64,000 bases of DNA from Candidatus Eiseniibacteriota bacterium. GTDB taxonomy: Bacteria > Eisenbacteria > RBG-16-71-46 > SZUA-252. The DNA is taken from the NCBI GenBank assembly GCA_035716005.1, contig DASTKG010000052.1:6360-70359 (forward strand), given 5' to 3'. A program made the translations under genes and the position numbers. Under the pieces are notes generated by a model. It was not told where the DNA came from, made no database searches, and worked only from the letters and a program-made list of their open reading frames with translations. Of the stretch, positions 8,098-16,904 are shown in pieces; within the stretch, counting starts at the first letter, position 1; every line of letters starts with the position of its first letter.

Positions 8098-10047
8098 ATG
8101 GGAAAGATCATCGGCATTGACCTTGGCACCACGAACTCGTGCGTGGCCGTCATGGAGGGCGGCGAGCCGGTCGTGATCGCGAACGCCGAGGGAAATCGCA
8201 CGACTCCCTCGATCGTGGCCTTCACGAAGACCGGCGAGCGTCTGGTCGGGCAGGTGGCGAAGCGCCAGTCCGTCACCAACCCCAAGAACACCGTCTACTC
8301 GGTGAAGCGCTTCATGGGCCGGAAGTTCGCGGAAGTCGCCGCCAGCGAAGTGAAGAACGTCCCCTACGTCGTGCGTGACGCGAGCGGGGGAGGCGTGGAG
8401 ATCGTCCTGAGCGACAAGGCGTACAGCCCGCCCGAGATCTCCGCCATGGTGCTCCAGAAGATGAAGCAGACGGCGGAGGACTATCTCGGCGAGAAGGTGA
8501 CCGAGGCGGTCATCACCGTTCCGGCCTACTTCAACGACGCGCAGCGGCAGGCCACGAAGGACGCCGGCCGGATCGCGGGTCTGGAAGTGAAGCGGATCAT
8601 CAACGAGCCGACGGCGGCCGCGCTGGCCTACGGGCTCGACAAGAAGAAGGACGAGAAGATCGCCGTCTACGACCTGGGAGGCGGCACGTACGACATCTCC
8701 GTCCTCGAGCTGGGCGACGGCGTCTTCGAGGTGAAGTCGACCAACGGCGACACGCACCTCGGCGGCGACGACTTCGACAAGCGGATCATCGACTGGCTGG
8801 CCGAGGAGTTCCAGAAGTCGGAGGGGATCGATCTGCGCAAGGACGCCATGGCGCTCCAGCGGCTGAAGGAAGCGGCGGAGAAGGCCAAGATCGAGCTCTC
8901 GACGGTCATGCAGACCGACGTGAACCTCCCCTTCATCACCGCCGACGCGACCGGGCCGAAGCACCTGAACGTCACCCTCTCGCGGGCGAACTACGAGAAG
9001 CTGGTCGACGATCTCGTGCAGCGGACGATCGAGCCGATGAAGAAGGCGCTCGCGGACGCCGGCCTGAAGCCCTCCGAGATCGACGAGGTGATCCTGGTCG
9101 GCGGCGCCACGCGGATGCCGAAGGTCCAGGAGGTGGTGAAGAACTTCTTCGGGAAGGAGCCGCATCGCGGCGTGAATCCCGACGAGGTCGTGGCGATCGG
9201 CGCGGCCATCCAGGGCGGTGTCCTGGGCGGCAGCGTGAAGGACGTGCTCCTGCTCGACGTGACGCCTCTTTCGCTCGGCATCGAGACGCTGGGCGGCGTG
9301 ATGACGAAGCTCATCGAGCGGAACACCACGATCCCGACGAAGAAGAGCGAGACTTTCTCGACGGCGTCGGACAACCAGCCGCAGGTGGAGATCCACGTGC
9401 TGCAGGGCGAGCGTCCGATGGCCATCGACAACAAGACGATCGGCAAGTTCCATCTCGACGGCATTCCGCCGGCCCCGCGCGGCATTCCGCAGATCGAGGT
9501 GTCGTTCGACATCGACGCGAACGGCATCCTCCACGTGCTGGCGCGCGACAAGGCGACCGGAAAGGAGCAGAAGATCCGGATCGAGGCCTCGAGCGGACTT
9601 TCCGAGCAGGAAATCCAGAAGATGGTGAAGGACGCGGAGGCTCACGCCGACGCCGACAAGTCGCGCCGCGAGGAAGTCGAGACGAAGAATCGCGGCGACG
9701 CCCTCGCCTGGGAGACCGAGAAGCAGATGAAGGACCTGGGCGACAAGGTGGATCCCGAGTCGAAGGCCAAGGTCGAGAACGCGCTCCAGACGCTGAAGAA
9801 GGCGCTGGAGAGCGGCGAGACCTCCGGCATCAAGTCGGCGAGCGAGGAGTTGACGAAGACCTGGAGCGAGGTCTCGAGCAAGCTCTACGCGGACGCGGCC
9901 AAGGCCGGCGGCCCGGGTGGTCCGGGTGCCGCGGGCGGTCCCGACATGGGTGGCCCGGGCGCTCCCGGCGCGACCGGTGACGCGGGTCAGCAGGGGAAGA
10001 AGGGCGACGACGGCGCCGTGGACGCGGATTACGAGGTGGTGAAGTAG
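8098..10047 (+). CDS. dnaK: Molecular chaperone DnaK (Hsp70)
   Basis: 649 aa. Canonical Hsp70 signatures are present ([35 protein letters not shown]). RBS is GGAGGGAG. Confidence 0.97.
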   Translation: MGKIIGIDLGTTNSCVAVMEGGEPVVIANAEGNRTTPSIVAFTKTGERLVGQVAKRQSVTNPKNTVYSVKRFMGRKFAEVAASEVKNVPYVVRDASGGGVEIVLSDKAYSPPEISAMVLQKMKQTAEDYLGEKVTEAVITVPAYFNDAQRQATKDAGRIAGLEVKRIINEPTAAALAYGLDKKKDEKIAVYDLGGGTYDISVLELGDGVFEVKSTNGDTHLGGDDFDKRIIDWLAEEFQKSEGIDLRKDAMALQRLKEAAEKAKIELSTVMQTDVNLPFITADATGPKHLNVTLSRANYEKLVDDLVQRTIEPMKKALADAGLKPSEIDEVILVGGATRMPKVQEVVKNFFGKEPHRGVNPDEVVAIGAAIQGGVLGGSVKDVLLLDVTPLSLGIETLGGVMTKLIERNTTIPTKKSETFSTASDNQPQVEIHVLQGERPMAIDNKTIGKFHLDGIPPAPRGIPQIEVSFDIDANGILHVLARDKATGKEQKIRIEASSGLSEQEIQKMVKDAEAHADADKSRREEVETKNRGDALAWETEKQMKDLGDKVDPESKAKVENALQTLKKALESGETSGIKSASEELTKTWSEVSSKLYADAAKAGGPGGPGAAGGPDMGGPGAPGATGDAGQQGKKGDDGAVDADYEVVK

Positions 10048-10187
10048 GGAGCCGTTTCGCGACGGTCTAGACTAGAGGCGCCCTGGCGGGGAAACCTTCC
10101 GGGGCGCCGTCGCATCCGGGTCCCAAATCGCGGCCCGGCTCGTACTCGACGTGAGACGCCATGGACCCGCGAAAGGAGCCCCATATC

Positions 10188-10673
10188 ATGAACGCAGCGA
10201 CCCTACAGAAAGCGACCTTCGCCGCCGGATGCTTCTGGGGCGTGGAGGAGACGTTTCGCAGCACTCCGGGCGTCGTCGACACGGCGGTGGGCTACACCGG
10301 CGGCGCGTCGAGCCGGCCGACCTACGAGCAGGTCTGCTCCGGGCGCACCGGGCACGCGGAGGCGGTCGAGGTGACCTTCGATCCGGCCCTCGTCACCTAC
10401 GAATCGCTGCTTCAGGTCTTCTGGGAGAACCACGACCCGACGACGCTGAATCGCCAGGGGCCGGACGTCGGCGAGCAGTATCGCTCCGCCATCTTCGTCC
10501 ATTCGCCCGAGCAGGAAGCGTCGGCGATCGCCTCGAAGGAAGCGGTCGCGGCGTCGGGGCGATTCGCGCGGCCGATCGTCACGCAGATCGCGCCGGCCGT
10601 CGAGTTCTGGCGCGCCGAGGAGTACCACCAGCGGTATCTCGCCAAGCGCGGCATCCGCTCCTGCCACATCTGA
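10188..10673 (+). CDS. msrA: Peptide methionine sulfoxide reductase MsrA
   Basis: GCFWGVE active-site motif. A MsrA-like fold signature extends throughout. Start is taken at MNAATLQK with RBS AAGGAG; the ORF itself extends to 10161. Confidence 0.9.
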   Translation: MNAATLQKATFAAGCFWGVEETFRSTPGVVDTAVGYTGGASSRPTYEQVCSGRTGHAEAVEVTFDPALVTYESLLQVFWENHDPTTLNRQGPDVGEQYRSAIFVHSPEQEASAIASKEAVAASGRFARPIVTQIAPAVEFWRAEEYHQRYLAKRGIRSCHI

Positions 10674-10707
10674 CGCCGCCGAACTCCCCGAGTCCTCGGC
10701 CTCCGCC

Positions 10708-13179
10708 CTACTGCGACTCCTCGCGGGACGCGCCGATCAGGTGGCGGCGTCCCGCGAACGGCATCTGCACCAGCGCCGCCATCAGCACGACGCCGACGTG
10801 GGCGATCACGTAGCGCGTGAGGAGGTCCGCCCCCGACGAGTAGTGATTCCGGTCGGTGCTGAAGAGGAACTGCATCGCCGAGAAACTGGCGCCGTACTTG
10901 TCGATCTGGTTGGCGCTCCCCAGCGTGAGCGCCATCCATCCGAAGGCGACGCCCCCGGCCGCGAGAACGACGGCCGCCACGAGATTGGCCCGCCGCCGCA
11001 TGACCGCCGCCACGATGGAGGCGCTCGCCCCGAGATTCAGGATCCAGATCGCGAGCCAGAAGCAGGCGAGGAGCGAGCCGCCGCCCGCCATCAGCTCCGT
11101 GAGATTGTCGGTCGACGCGGCCTTCACCACGATGAGATAGGAGAGGCCCAGGATCGGCGCCGCCATGAAGATCCAGCGCGAGAGGGCGCGCCGGTCCCAG
11201 TCCGGATGCGGGCCGACGAGCGCGGCGGCCAGATGCGCGCCGCCCGTGTAGAGCGTGGAGACCGCGGCGAAGAGGCCGAGGAAGCGGAGCATGATCTCGA
11301 GGTCGCCCCACCATCCGAGGACCGGCGAGCCCACGATGTCGTGGATCGCCTCGACCGGCGCGCCGACGCGAATGCCGGTCCAGACGACGACGCCGTGGAC
11401 GAGCACGAAGAGCGGCAGGAAGATCGACCGCCGCCACTCGCCGCGAGCGCACCAGCGCGAGAAGATCATCGGCGGCGCGAAGGCGGCCAGGAGAACGAGA
11501 GGGAAACCGAGCAGCGCCACGTGGCCGCCCCGCATGAAAAGCTCCCGCACGTTGTAGGGGACGGCGGACGACTCGACGGCGAAGAAACCGAAGGCGATCA
11601 GGAGGAAGTAGGCGATGCCGGTGCGCTGGATCGCGAGCTCGGCCCGCCGGGCGCGCTTCGAGCGAAGCCGGAGATCGTCGGCCGTGAGGGGCGCCGGCCC
11701 GATCCACGTGGCCGCCGGCGGGCGCGGCTCGGGGCTCGGTGGGGCCTCCGCGCGGTCCGCGTCCGCGCCGTCGGACCGCGGCTCTCCGGCCGGGGAGGCC
11801 GCCTCGACCCGACGCGCCGCGCGGGCCAGAGCGCGGGCGGCGAGGTAGCCGCCCAGGCCGCCGATCGCGGCCACCACGATATCGGTCGAGTCGGGGACCT
11901 TTCCGGGAAGGAAGACTTGGAGCGCCTCGATACCCGCCGCCACGCCGCCCGCCACGAAGAAGGAAGCCGCGCCCGCGGCCCTCGCCGCCCACGGGGCGCG
12001 ATGCCGCGACGCGCCGAACGCGGCGACGGCGCCGAAGGGCGCGAAGAGGACGAGCTGGAGGAGGAGGTCCGAGACGGCGCGCGCCTCGGTCGCGAGCCAG
12101 TAGGTGCGAAACGGAACCGCGGTCAGGGCGTCGATGCGCGCGCGGAGGGTCGAGACGTCGTAGTGGAAGTGGAACGGATAGCAGAATCCGAAGACCAGGA
12201 CCACGGACCACGCGATGGCGGCGAGCGCCACGCCGACGTAGCGGCGCCGCGGCTCGAGCGGGGTCGCCGTCACGCCGCCCGGCCTCGCCGCCCGAAATCG
12301 AGCCCCGAGCCAAACGCCGGCCGCGGCGCCCGCGGCGGCGCAGAGGATGTCGGTCGAATCGCTCACTCGGCTCTGCACCAGGAGCTGCATCGTCTCGATG
12401 GCCACCGCGAAGAGAACCGTCACGCCCCACGCGGAGAAGCGGCGCCATCCGCGTCCGAGGACCAGGAGCGCGGCGAGAGGGAGCCAGAGAAGGGCCTCGG
12501 AGCCGATCCCGAAGACGGCCGTGACCGGATCGTCGCCGAGCGAGGTGAAGGGGATCGGGCGGATGAGGCCGCGATCCCATTTCCGGTAGAGCGCCGACGC
12601 GCTCAGGGTGAGGTCGGCGGGAAGGATGTTGTAGAAGAAGAGAACGACCGCGTACGGGGTCACCAGCCATCCCGCCACCCCCTGGCGTCCCTCCACGGCG
12701 TCCCAGCGATGGAAGGCGCGCCGCACGACGCCTCCGGCCAGATACCACGCGATCACGCCGGCCCCCGCGCCCCACGCGGCGGCGATGACGTCCCAGAGCT
12801 GAACGTTTCGAGGCGGCGTATAGATCTGCGCGAACTCGATCGCGGCCTGGAAGAGCACGGCCGCCGCCCAGGCCACGACCCCCAGGAGGATGTTCGAGAG
12901 GCGCTTCCATCCCGCGCCGATGGAGCCGGCCCAGAGGAAGGCGAGCGGCATGAAGAGGAGGACGTTCGCCGTGAAGTCGGTTCGGGAGAAGTGGCCCGGC
13001 TTGAACTCGGGGATGTGGCGGTAGACGGCCCAGGCCCGATCCCAGGGAATGGGCGTGAAATCGAGAGGGATCAGGCAGCCGTAGAGGACGAAAAGCGTGT
13101 AGAGCGCCGCCGCGATGCGCAGCGGCGCCGGAATCCACGGTACTTCGTCGGTCGTCCCGGACCTAGATTCAGCGGCCAC
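10708..13179 (-). CDS. Large polytopic membrane protein with three tandem VanZ-like domains plus a C-terminal uncharacterised membrane domain
   Basis: Three repeats of the VanZ signature are present (AIEFAQIYTPPRNVQLWDVIAAAWGAGAG; AIETMQLLVQSRVSDSTDILCAAAGAAAG; IEALQVFLPGKVPDSTDIVVAAIGGLGG). TM helices occur throughout. The 5' part of the ORF (to 13422) is Arg/Gly-rich and not coding-like, so the start is placed at GTG 13179 and remains uncertain. Confidence 0.65.
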   Translation of the reverse strand: MAAESRSGTTDEVPWIPAPLRIAAALYTLFVLYGCLIPLDFTPIPWDRAWAVYRHIPEFKPGHFSRTDFTANVLLFMPLAFLWAGSIGAGWKRLSNILLGVVAWAAAVLFQAAIEFAQIYTPPRNVQLWDVIAAAWGAGAGVIAWYLAGGVVRRAFHRWDAVEGRQGVAGWLVTPYAVVLFFYNILPADLTLSASALYRKWDRGLIRPIPFTSLGDDPVTAVFGIGSEALLWLPLAALLVLGRGWRRFSAWGVTVLFAVAIETMQLLVQSRVSDSTDILCAAAGAAAGVWLGARFRAARPGGVTATPLEPRRRYVGVALAAIAWSVVLVFGFCYPFHFHYDVSTLRARIDALTAVPFRTYWLATEARAVSDLLLQLVLFAPFGAVAAFGASRHRAPWAARAAGAASFFVAGGVAAGIEALQVFLPGKVPDSTDIVVAAIGGLGGYLAARALARAARRVEAASPAGEPRSDGADADRAEAPPSPEPRPPAATWIGPAPLTADDLRLRSKRARRAELAIQRTGIAYFLLIAFGFFAVESSAVPYNVRELFMRGGHVALLGFPLVLLAAFAPPMIFSRWCARGEWRRSIFLPLFVLVHGVVVWTGIRVGAPVEAIHDIVGSPVLGWWGDLEIMLRFLGLFAAVSTLYTGGAHLAAALVGPHPDWDRRALSRWIFMAAPILGLSYLIVVKAASTDNLTELMAGGGSLLACFWLAIWILNLGASASIVAAVMRRRANLVAAVVLAAGGVAFGWMALTLGSANQIDKYGASFSAMQFLFSTDRNHYSSGADLLTRYVIAHVGVVLMAALVQMPFAGRRHLIGASREESQ

Positions 13180-13396
13180 GGGCGGATAGAAGCACGACCG
13201 GCCCCCTTCGCGCCAGCGCGGGGTTTGCCGCCACGGGCCGCTTCCGGAGACCCGATTCGCGCCGTTCCGAGCCCCTCCGCGGCAAACTTTTCCGCTAAGC
13301 AAGCCCGAGAATCGCGCCGATATCCCCATCGTCACGGCAGGCCGCGCTCCGCGGCCGGGAGCCACGGGGGCGTCGCCGTCGGGGGAAGCCAACTCC

Positions 13397-14869
13397 TTGA
13401 ATCTCAACGTCGCTGTCATCATGCCGGCCGGACCGGAGCGGGATGCTCTGGTCGATCACGTCGCCACGCAGAAGTGCGCGGTGCAGGTCGCGGATCGTGT
13501 GGAGGATTTCCTCTCCCGCGGGGGTGAGGAAATGTGCTCGCTGGCGATTCTCGATTTCGGGGATGGATCCCTGGGGTCCGGTCGTTCTTCTTCCTTCGCG
13601 CCCCCCTCCTTCGCGGAGCGGCGCGACGCGGTCCGCCGACTGAAAGAGCGGTGGCCGCGCATGCAGCTCGCCGCGTTCCTCGATCGCTCCAACGCGGCCG
13701 AGGCGGCGGAAATGAACGAGCTGGGGATCCGCAATCTCTTCCTGAAGCCGATCCGCTTCGACGCCGTCGACGGGCTTCTCAAGGCCGCCGGCAAGAGCGC
13801 CGTGCAGCAGGCGCGCGAGCAGCGCGAGTCGTCGCGCGTCCGCGAGGAGTTCCGCTTCGATCGGATCCTCGGCCAGAGTCCGGCCCTCCGCCACGCCATC
13901 GAGCTGGCCCAGAGCGTCTCGCTCTCGAGCGCGACGTCGGTACTCATTCTGGGCGAGAGCGGCGTGGGGAAGGAACTCTTCGCCCGGGCCATTCACGGCG
14001 AGAGCCCGCGGGCCAAGGGGCCGTTCCTCGAGATCAACTGCGCCGCGATTCCGCGCGAGCTCCTGGAATCGGAGCTCTTCGGCCACGAAAGGGGAGCCTT
14101 CACGGACGCCTCGAGCCAGCGGATCGGGCTCTTCGAGGCGGGCGAGGGGGGATCGGTCTTCCTGGACGAAGTCGGCGAGCTGCCGCTCACGCTCCAAGCC
14201 AAGCTTCTCAAGTTCCTCGACATGAAGATCGTGCGGCGCGTCGGAGGCACGCGGGACATCGCGGTCGACGTCCGCATTCTCGCGGCCACGAACCGCGATC
14301 TCTCCGGGGAGGTCCGCCAGGGCCGGTTCCGTGAGGATCTCTTCTACCGTCTGAGCGTCGTGCCGATCACGGTGCCGCCTCTACGCGACCGCGGCGCCGA
14401 CGTCACGCTCCTCGCCGAGTCGTTCTGCGAGCGCGTGGCTCGGAAGCTGGGACGCACGGCGCGACTCTCTCCGGCCGCGGAGCGCGAGCTGATGCGCTAT
14501 CCGTGGCCCGGCAACGTCCGCGAGCTCGGCAACGCCATCGAGCGCGCGGTCCTCCTCGCGAAGAGCGAGGAGATCGGTCCCTCCGAGCTGGCGCTGCCGC
14601 GCGTCGGCGGCGCGGCGGGATCCGAAGCGCCGAACCTGAACGATCTCGGCCTCCGCTTCCCGGCGGACGGCCTCTCGCTCGTGGCGCTCGAGAAGGCGGC
14701 CATCGAGGGCGCGCTCGCCCGGACGGGCGGGAACGTCGTGGAGGCGGCCAAGCTCCTCCACGTCGGCCGCGGAAGCCTCCGCTGCAAAATGCGGCGCCAC
14801 AAGATCGACCGCACCGAGCCTCGTCCCGCGCCGGTTTCCCAGGGCTCGCCGGCCCTCGCCCGCATCTAA
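13397..14869 (+). CDS. Sigma54-dependent Fis-family response-regulator-like activator
   Basis: N-terminal degenerate receiver-like domain (AILDF...FLKP). AAA+ sigma54 domain with GESGVGKE and a GAFTDA motif. C-terminal Fis-type HTH. Start is TTG 13397, with an alternative ATG at 13421. Confidence 0.85.
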   Translation: MNLNVAVIMPAGPERDALVDHVATQKCAVQVADRVEDFLSRGGEEMCSLAILDFGDGSLGSGRSSSFAPPSFAERRDAVRRLKERWPRMQLAAFLDRSNAAEAAEMNELGIRNLFLKPIRFDAVDGLLKAAGKSAVQQAREQRESSRVREEFRFDRILGQSPALRHAIELAQSVSLSSATSVLILGESGVGKELFARAIHGESPRAKGPFLEINCAAIPRELLESELFGHERGAFTDASSQRIGLFEAGEGGSVFLDEVGELPLTLQAKLLKFLDMKIVRRVGGTRDIAVDVRILAATNRDLSGEVRQGRFREDLFYRLSVVPITVPPLRDRGADVTLLAESFCERVARKLGRTARLSPAAERELMRYPWPGNVRELGNAIERAVLLAKSEEIGPSELALPRVGGAAGSEAPNLNDLGLRFPADGLSLVALEKAAIEGALARTGGNVVEAAKLLHVGRGSLRCKMRRHKIDRTEPRPAPVSQGSPALARI

Positions 14870-14961
14870 GTAGTTTGGAGTAGCAACCCTCGGGCGCCCG
14901 GCGCCCCTTGACACCCGCACGACCGCCCCCGTAGCCTCATCGGACCACCTACGAAGGTTTT

Positions 14962-14989
14962 CCGAACCCAACGTCTCTCCGCCGCGTCT
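14962..14989 (+). promoter_or_regulatory. Candidate ECF-type promoter CCGAAC-N17-CGTCT upstream of the ECF sigma gene
   Basis: It matches the GGAAC-N16/17-CGTCT class that ECF sigmas recognise, and it sits 16 bp before the GTG start. An alternative sigma70-like TTGACA-N18-TAGCCT lies at 14908..14937. Confidence 0.35.
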
Positions 14990-15004
14990 CTAATCGAGGA
15001 TCGA

Positions 15005-15616
15005 GTGGCCCAGGACCTGAAGGCCCTACCAGACGAAACGCTCGTGCTCCGAGCCCAGGAGGACGACGACCGGGCGTTCGGCGAGCTGATCGGGCGCTAC
15101 GAGACGAAGGTCTACAGCCTGGCCATGAAGATGCTTCGCAATCCGGAAGACGCGGAAGACGTCCTCCAGGAGACCTTCCTCCGCGCGTATCGCGGCCTGA
15201 AGTCATTCCGGGGGAATTCGACCTTCTCGACCTGGATCTACCGGATCACGGCCAACTCGGCCCTGATGAAGCTGCGGAAGAAGCAGTTGCCGACCGTCTC
15301 CATCGAGGACGCGGACGAGCGCGAAGTGCCGCTCAACATCGCCGATTGGGCGCCGGGTCCCGTGGAGCAGCTCTTGACGCTGGAGACCCAGCAGGCGATG
15401 TCCGACGCGATCGAAGCGCTTCCCGCGGAGTTCAGGCAGGTCTTCGTGCTGCGCGATCTGGAGGGGCACTCGAACGCCGACGTCGCCGAGATCCTCGATC
15501 TCTCGGTGGCCGCCGTGAAGTCGCGCCTTCACAGGGCGCGCCTCAAGGTGCGGAATCATCTCACCCGCTTCTTCAACGACACGCGCGGTCAAAAGGCGAT
15601 GGGAGCCAGGTCATGA
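15005..15616 (+). CDS. ECF (sigma-70 family group IV) RNA polymerase sigma factor
   Basis: Region 2 (DVLQETFLRAYRGL) and region 4 (DLEGHSNADVAEILDLSVAAVKSRLHRAR) motifs are present. Start is GTG 15005 with RBS GAGGA. Confidence 0.9.
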   Translation: MAQDLKALPDETLVLRAQEDDDRAFGELIGRYETKVYSLAMKMLRNPEDAEDVLQETFLRAYRGLKSFRGNSTFSTWIYRITANSALMKLRKKQLPTVSIEDADEREVPLNIADWAPGPVEQLLTLETQQAMSDAIEALPAEFRQVFVLRDLEGHSNADVAEILDLSVAAVKSRLHRARLKVRNHLTRFFNDTRGQKAMGARS

Positions 15617-15891
15617 TGTCCTGCAAGGAAGTCCTCGAGTCGATCTCCTCGTACCTCGACGAAGAGCTGAAAGAGGAAATCGCGGTGGAGATGCACAAGC
15701 ACATCGGGAAGTGCTCCGACTGCCGCGCCGAGTTCGACACGCTCACCATGACCATCAAGCTCTACAAGCATAGCGAAACCCCCCAGATGCCCGCCGAATG
15801 CCACGACCGCCTCGTCAAGACCCTCGAAATCGAGAAGATGCGGGCGAAGCAGGGCGGCGGCGAACCCGACACCAATCCCACCGGGGTCTAA
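15613..15891 (+). CDS. Zinc-binding anti-sigma factor (ZAS-type, HxxxCxxC)
   Basis: 92 aa. Its ATG overlaps the sigma stop (ATGA). Motif H-x3-C-x2-C is present (HKHIGKCSDC). This is the typical partner position for an ECF anti-sigma. Confidence 0.75.
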   Translation: MMSCKEVLESISSYLDEELKEEIAVEMHKHIGKCSDCRAEFDTLTMTIKLYKHSETPQMPAECHDRLVKTLEIEKMRAKQGGGEPDTNPTGV

Positions 15892-15903
15892 GACCGCGCC
15901 GAC

Positions 15904-16893
15904 GTGGACGCCGCCCCGCGCCGCATCCACCTCTACCGCCCCCACAACCAGCTCGGCGATCTCCTCCTCAACGTCCCGGCCATCCGCGCCGTTCGGGACC
16001 GGTTCCGCGACGCCCGCGTCACGCTGATCGTCGGCCGCCAGAACGCCGCCGCGGTCCTGGGGCAGCCGTGGGCCGACGAGGTTCGGATCGTGGAGACGAA
16101 GAACTTCTCCGGCGTGCTGAGCGCCGCGCTCCGGCGCGGACGGCGGCCCGATCTGGCGATCTACTTCACCACCGTTTCCTATTCGCGAAGCGGCGCGCTC
16201 CTCGCCGCCTGGTCGGGAGCGCGGGAGCGCGTCGGCTTCGATCCCTCCCGCTGGGGCGCGCGCGACGCCGCCCGCCTCACGCGCGTCGTGCCCTATCCGG
16301 AAGGCGCGCCTCATCAGTCCGAGATCTCGATGGCCCTCTCCCGCGCGGTGGGCGCCGTCGATCGGCCCGCTCCGCCTTACTTCATCCCCGACCCGGCCCT
16401 CGTCGCGCTCGCGCCCGAGGGGGTCGTCTATCTTCATCCCGGCGCCGGCAAGCTCAAGAATCGGTGGCCGGCCGAGCGGTTCGCCGCCGTGGCGCGCGAG
16501 CTGACGTCGAGGGGGCGCGACGTTCGTCTCCTGGAAGGGCCGCAGGATTCCGGAACGTCCGAGGCCGTCGTCGGCGCGCTGGGGCGCCCGCTTCCCGTCG
16601 TGCGCGGCGAGACGATTCCCCAGCTCGCCGCACGGTTCGCGCGCGCCGCGCTCTACGTCGGAAACGACACGGGGCCGCTCCACCTGGCCGGCGCGGTGGG
16701 CGCCCCCACGGTCGGCATCTACGGCTGGACCGATCCCCGCGAGTGGTCGCCCGTCGGGCGAATCGTTCGCGCGGTTCGAGCCGCCGACGCGCGACTCGAA
16801 TCGATCGATCCCGGGGCGGTGCTCGACGTCGCGCTGCCGCTTCTCGCCACGACCCCGACATCGATCGGGGCCGCGGCCACGGCCAAGGACTAA
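15904..16893 (+). CDS. Glycosyltransferase family 9 (LPS heptosyltransferase-like)
   Basis: GT9 C-terminal signature is present (YVGNDTGPLHLAGAVGAPTVGIYG). Overall length is heptosyltransferase-like. Confidence 0.8.
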   Translation: MDAAPRRIHLYRPHNQLGDLLLNVPAIRAVRDRFRDARVTLIVGRQNAAAVLGQPWADEVRIVETKNFSGVLSAALRRGRRPDLAIYFTTVSYSRSGALLAAWSGARERVGFDPSRWGARDAARLTRVVPYPEGAPHQSEISMALSRAVGAVDRPAPPYFIPDPALVALAPEGVVYLHPGAGKLKNRWPAERFAAVARELTSRGRDVRLLEGPQDSGTSEAVVGALGRPLPVVRGETIPQLAARFARAALYVGNDTGPLHLAGAVGAPTVGIYGWTDPREWSPVGRIVRAVRAADARLESIDPGAVLDVALPLLATTPTSIGAAATAKD

Positions 16894-16904
16894 CCGGAGG
16901 AACG

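Noticed and set aside
7489-9645. 718-aa minus-strand ORF opposite hsp20/dnaK
   Set aside because: It is antisense to DnaK, one of the most conserved proteins known. The composition is low-complexity Arg/Leu/Asp.
10060-10110. Imperfect GC inverted repeat after dnaK as an intrinsic terminator
   Set aside because: The stem is imperfect with a 17-nt loop, and no U-tract follows. At best it is a weak structure.
10412-13527. 908-aa minus ORF (10412..13138) and 928-aa plus ORF (10741..13527) overlapping the triple-VanZ gene
   Set aside because: Only the 10708..13422 minus frame shows TM helices and VanZ motifs. The others are Arg/Gly-rich alternative-frame artefacts.
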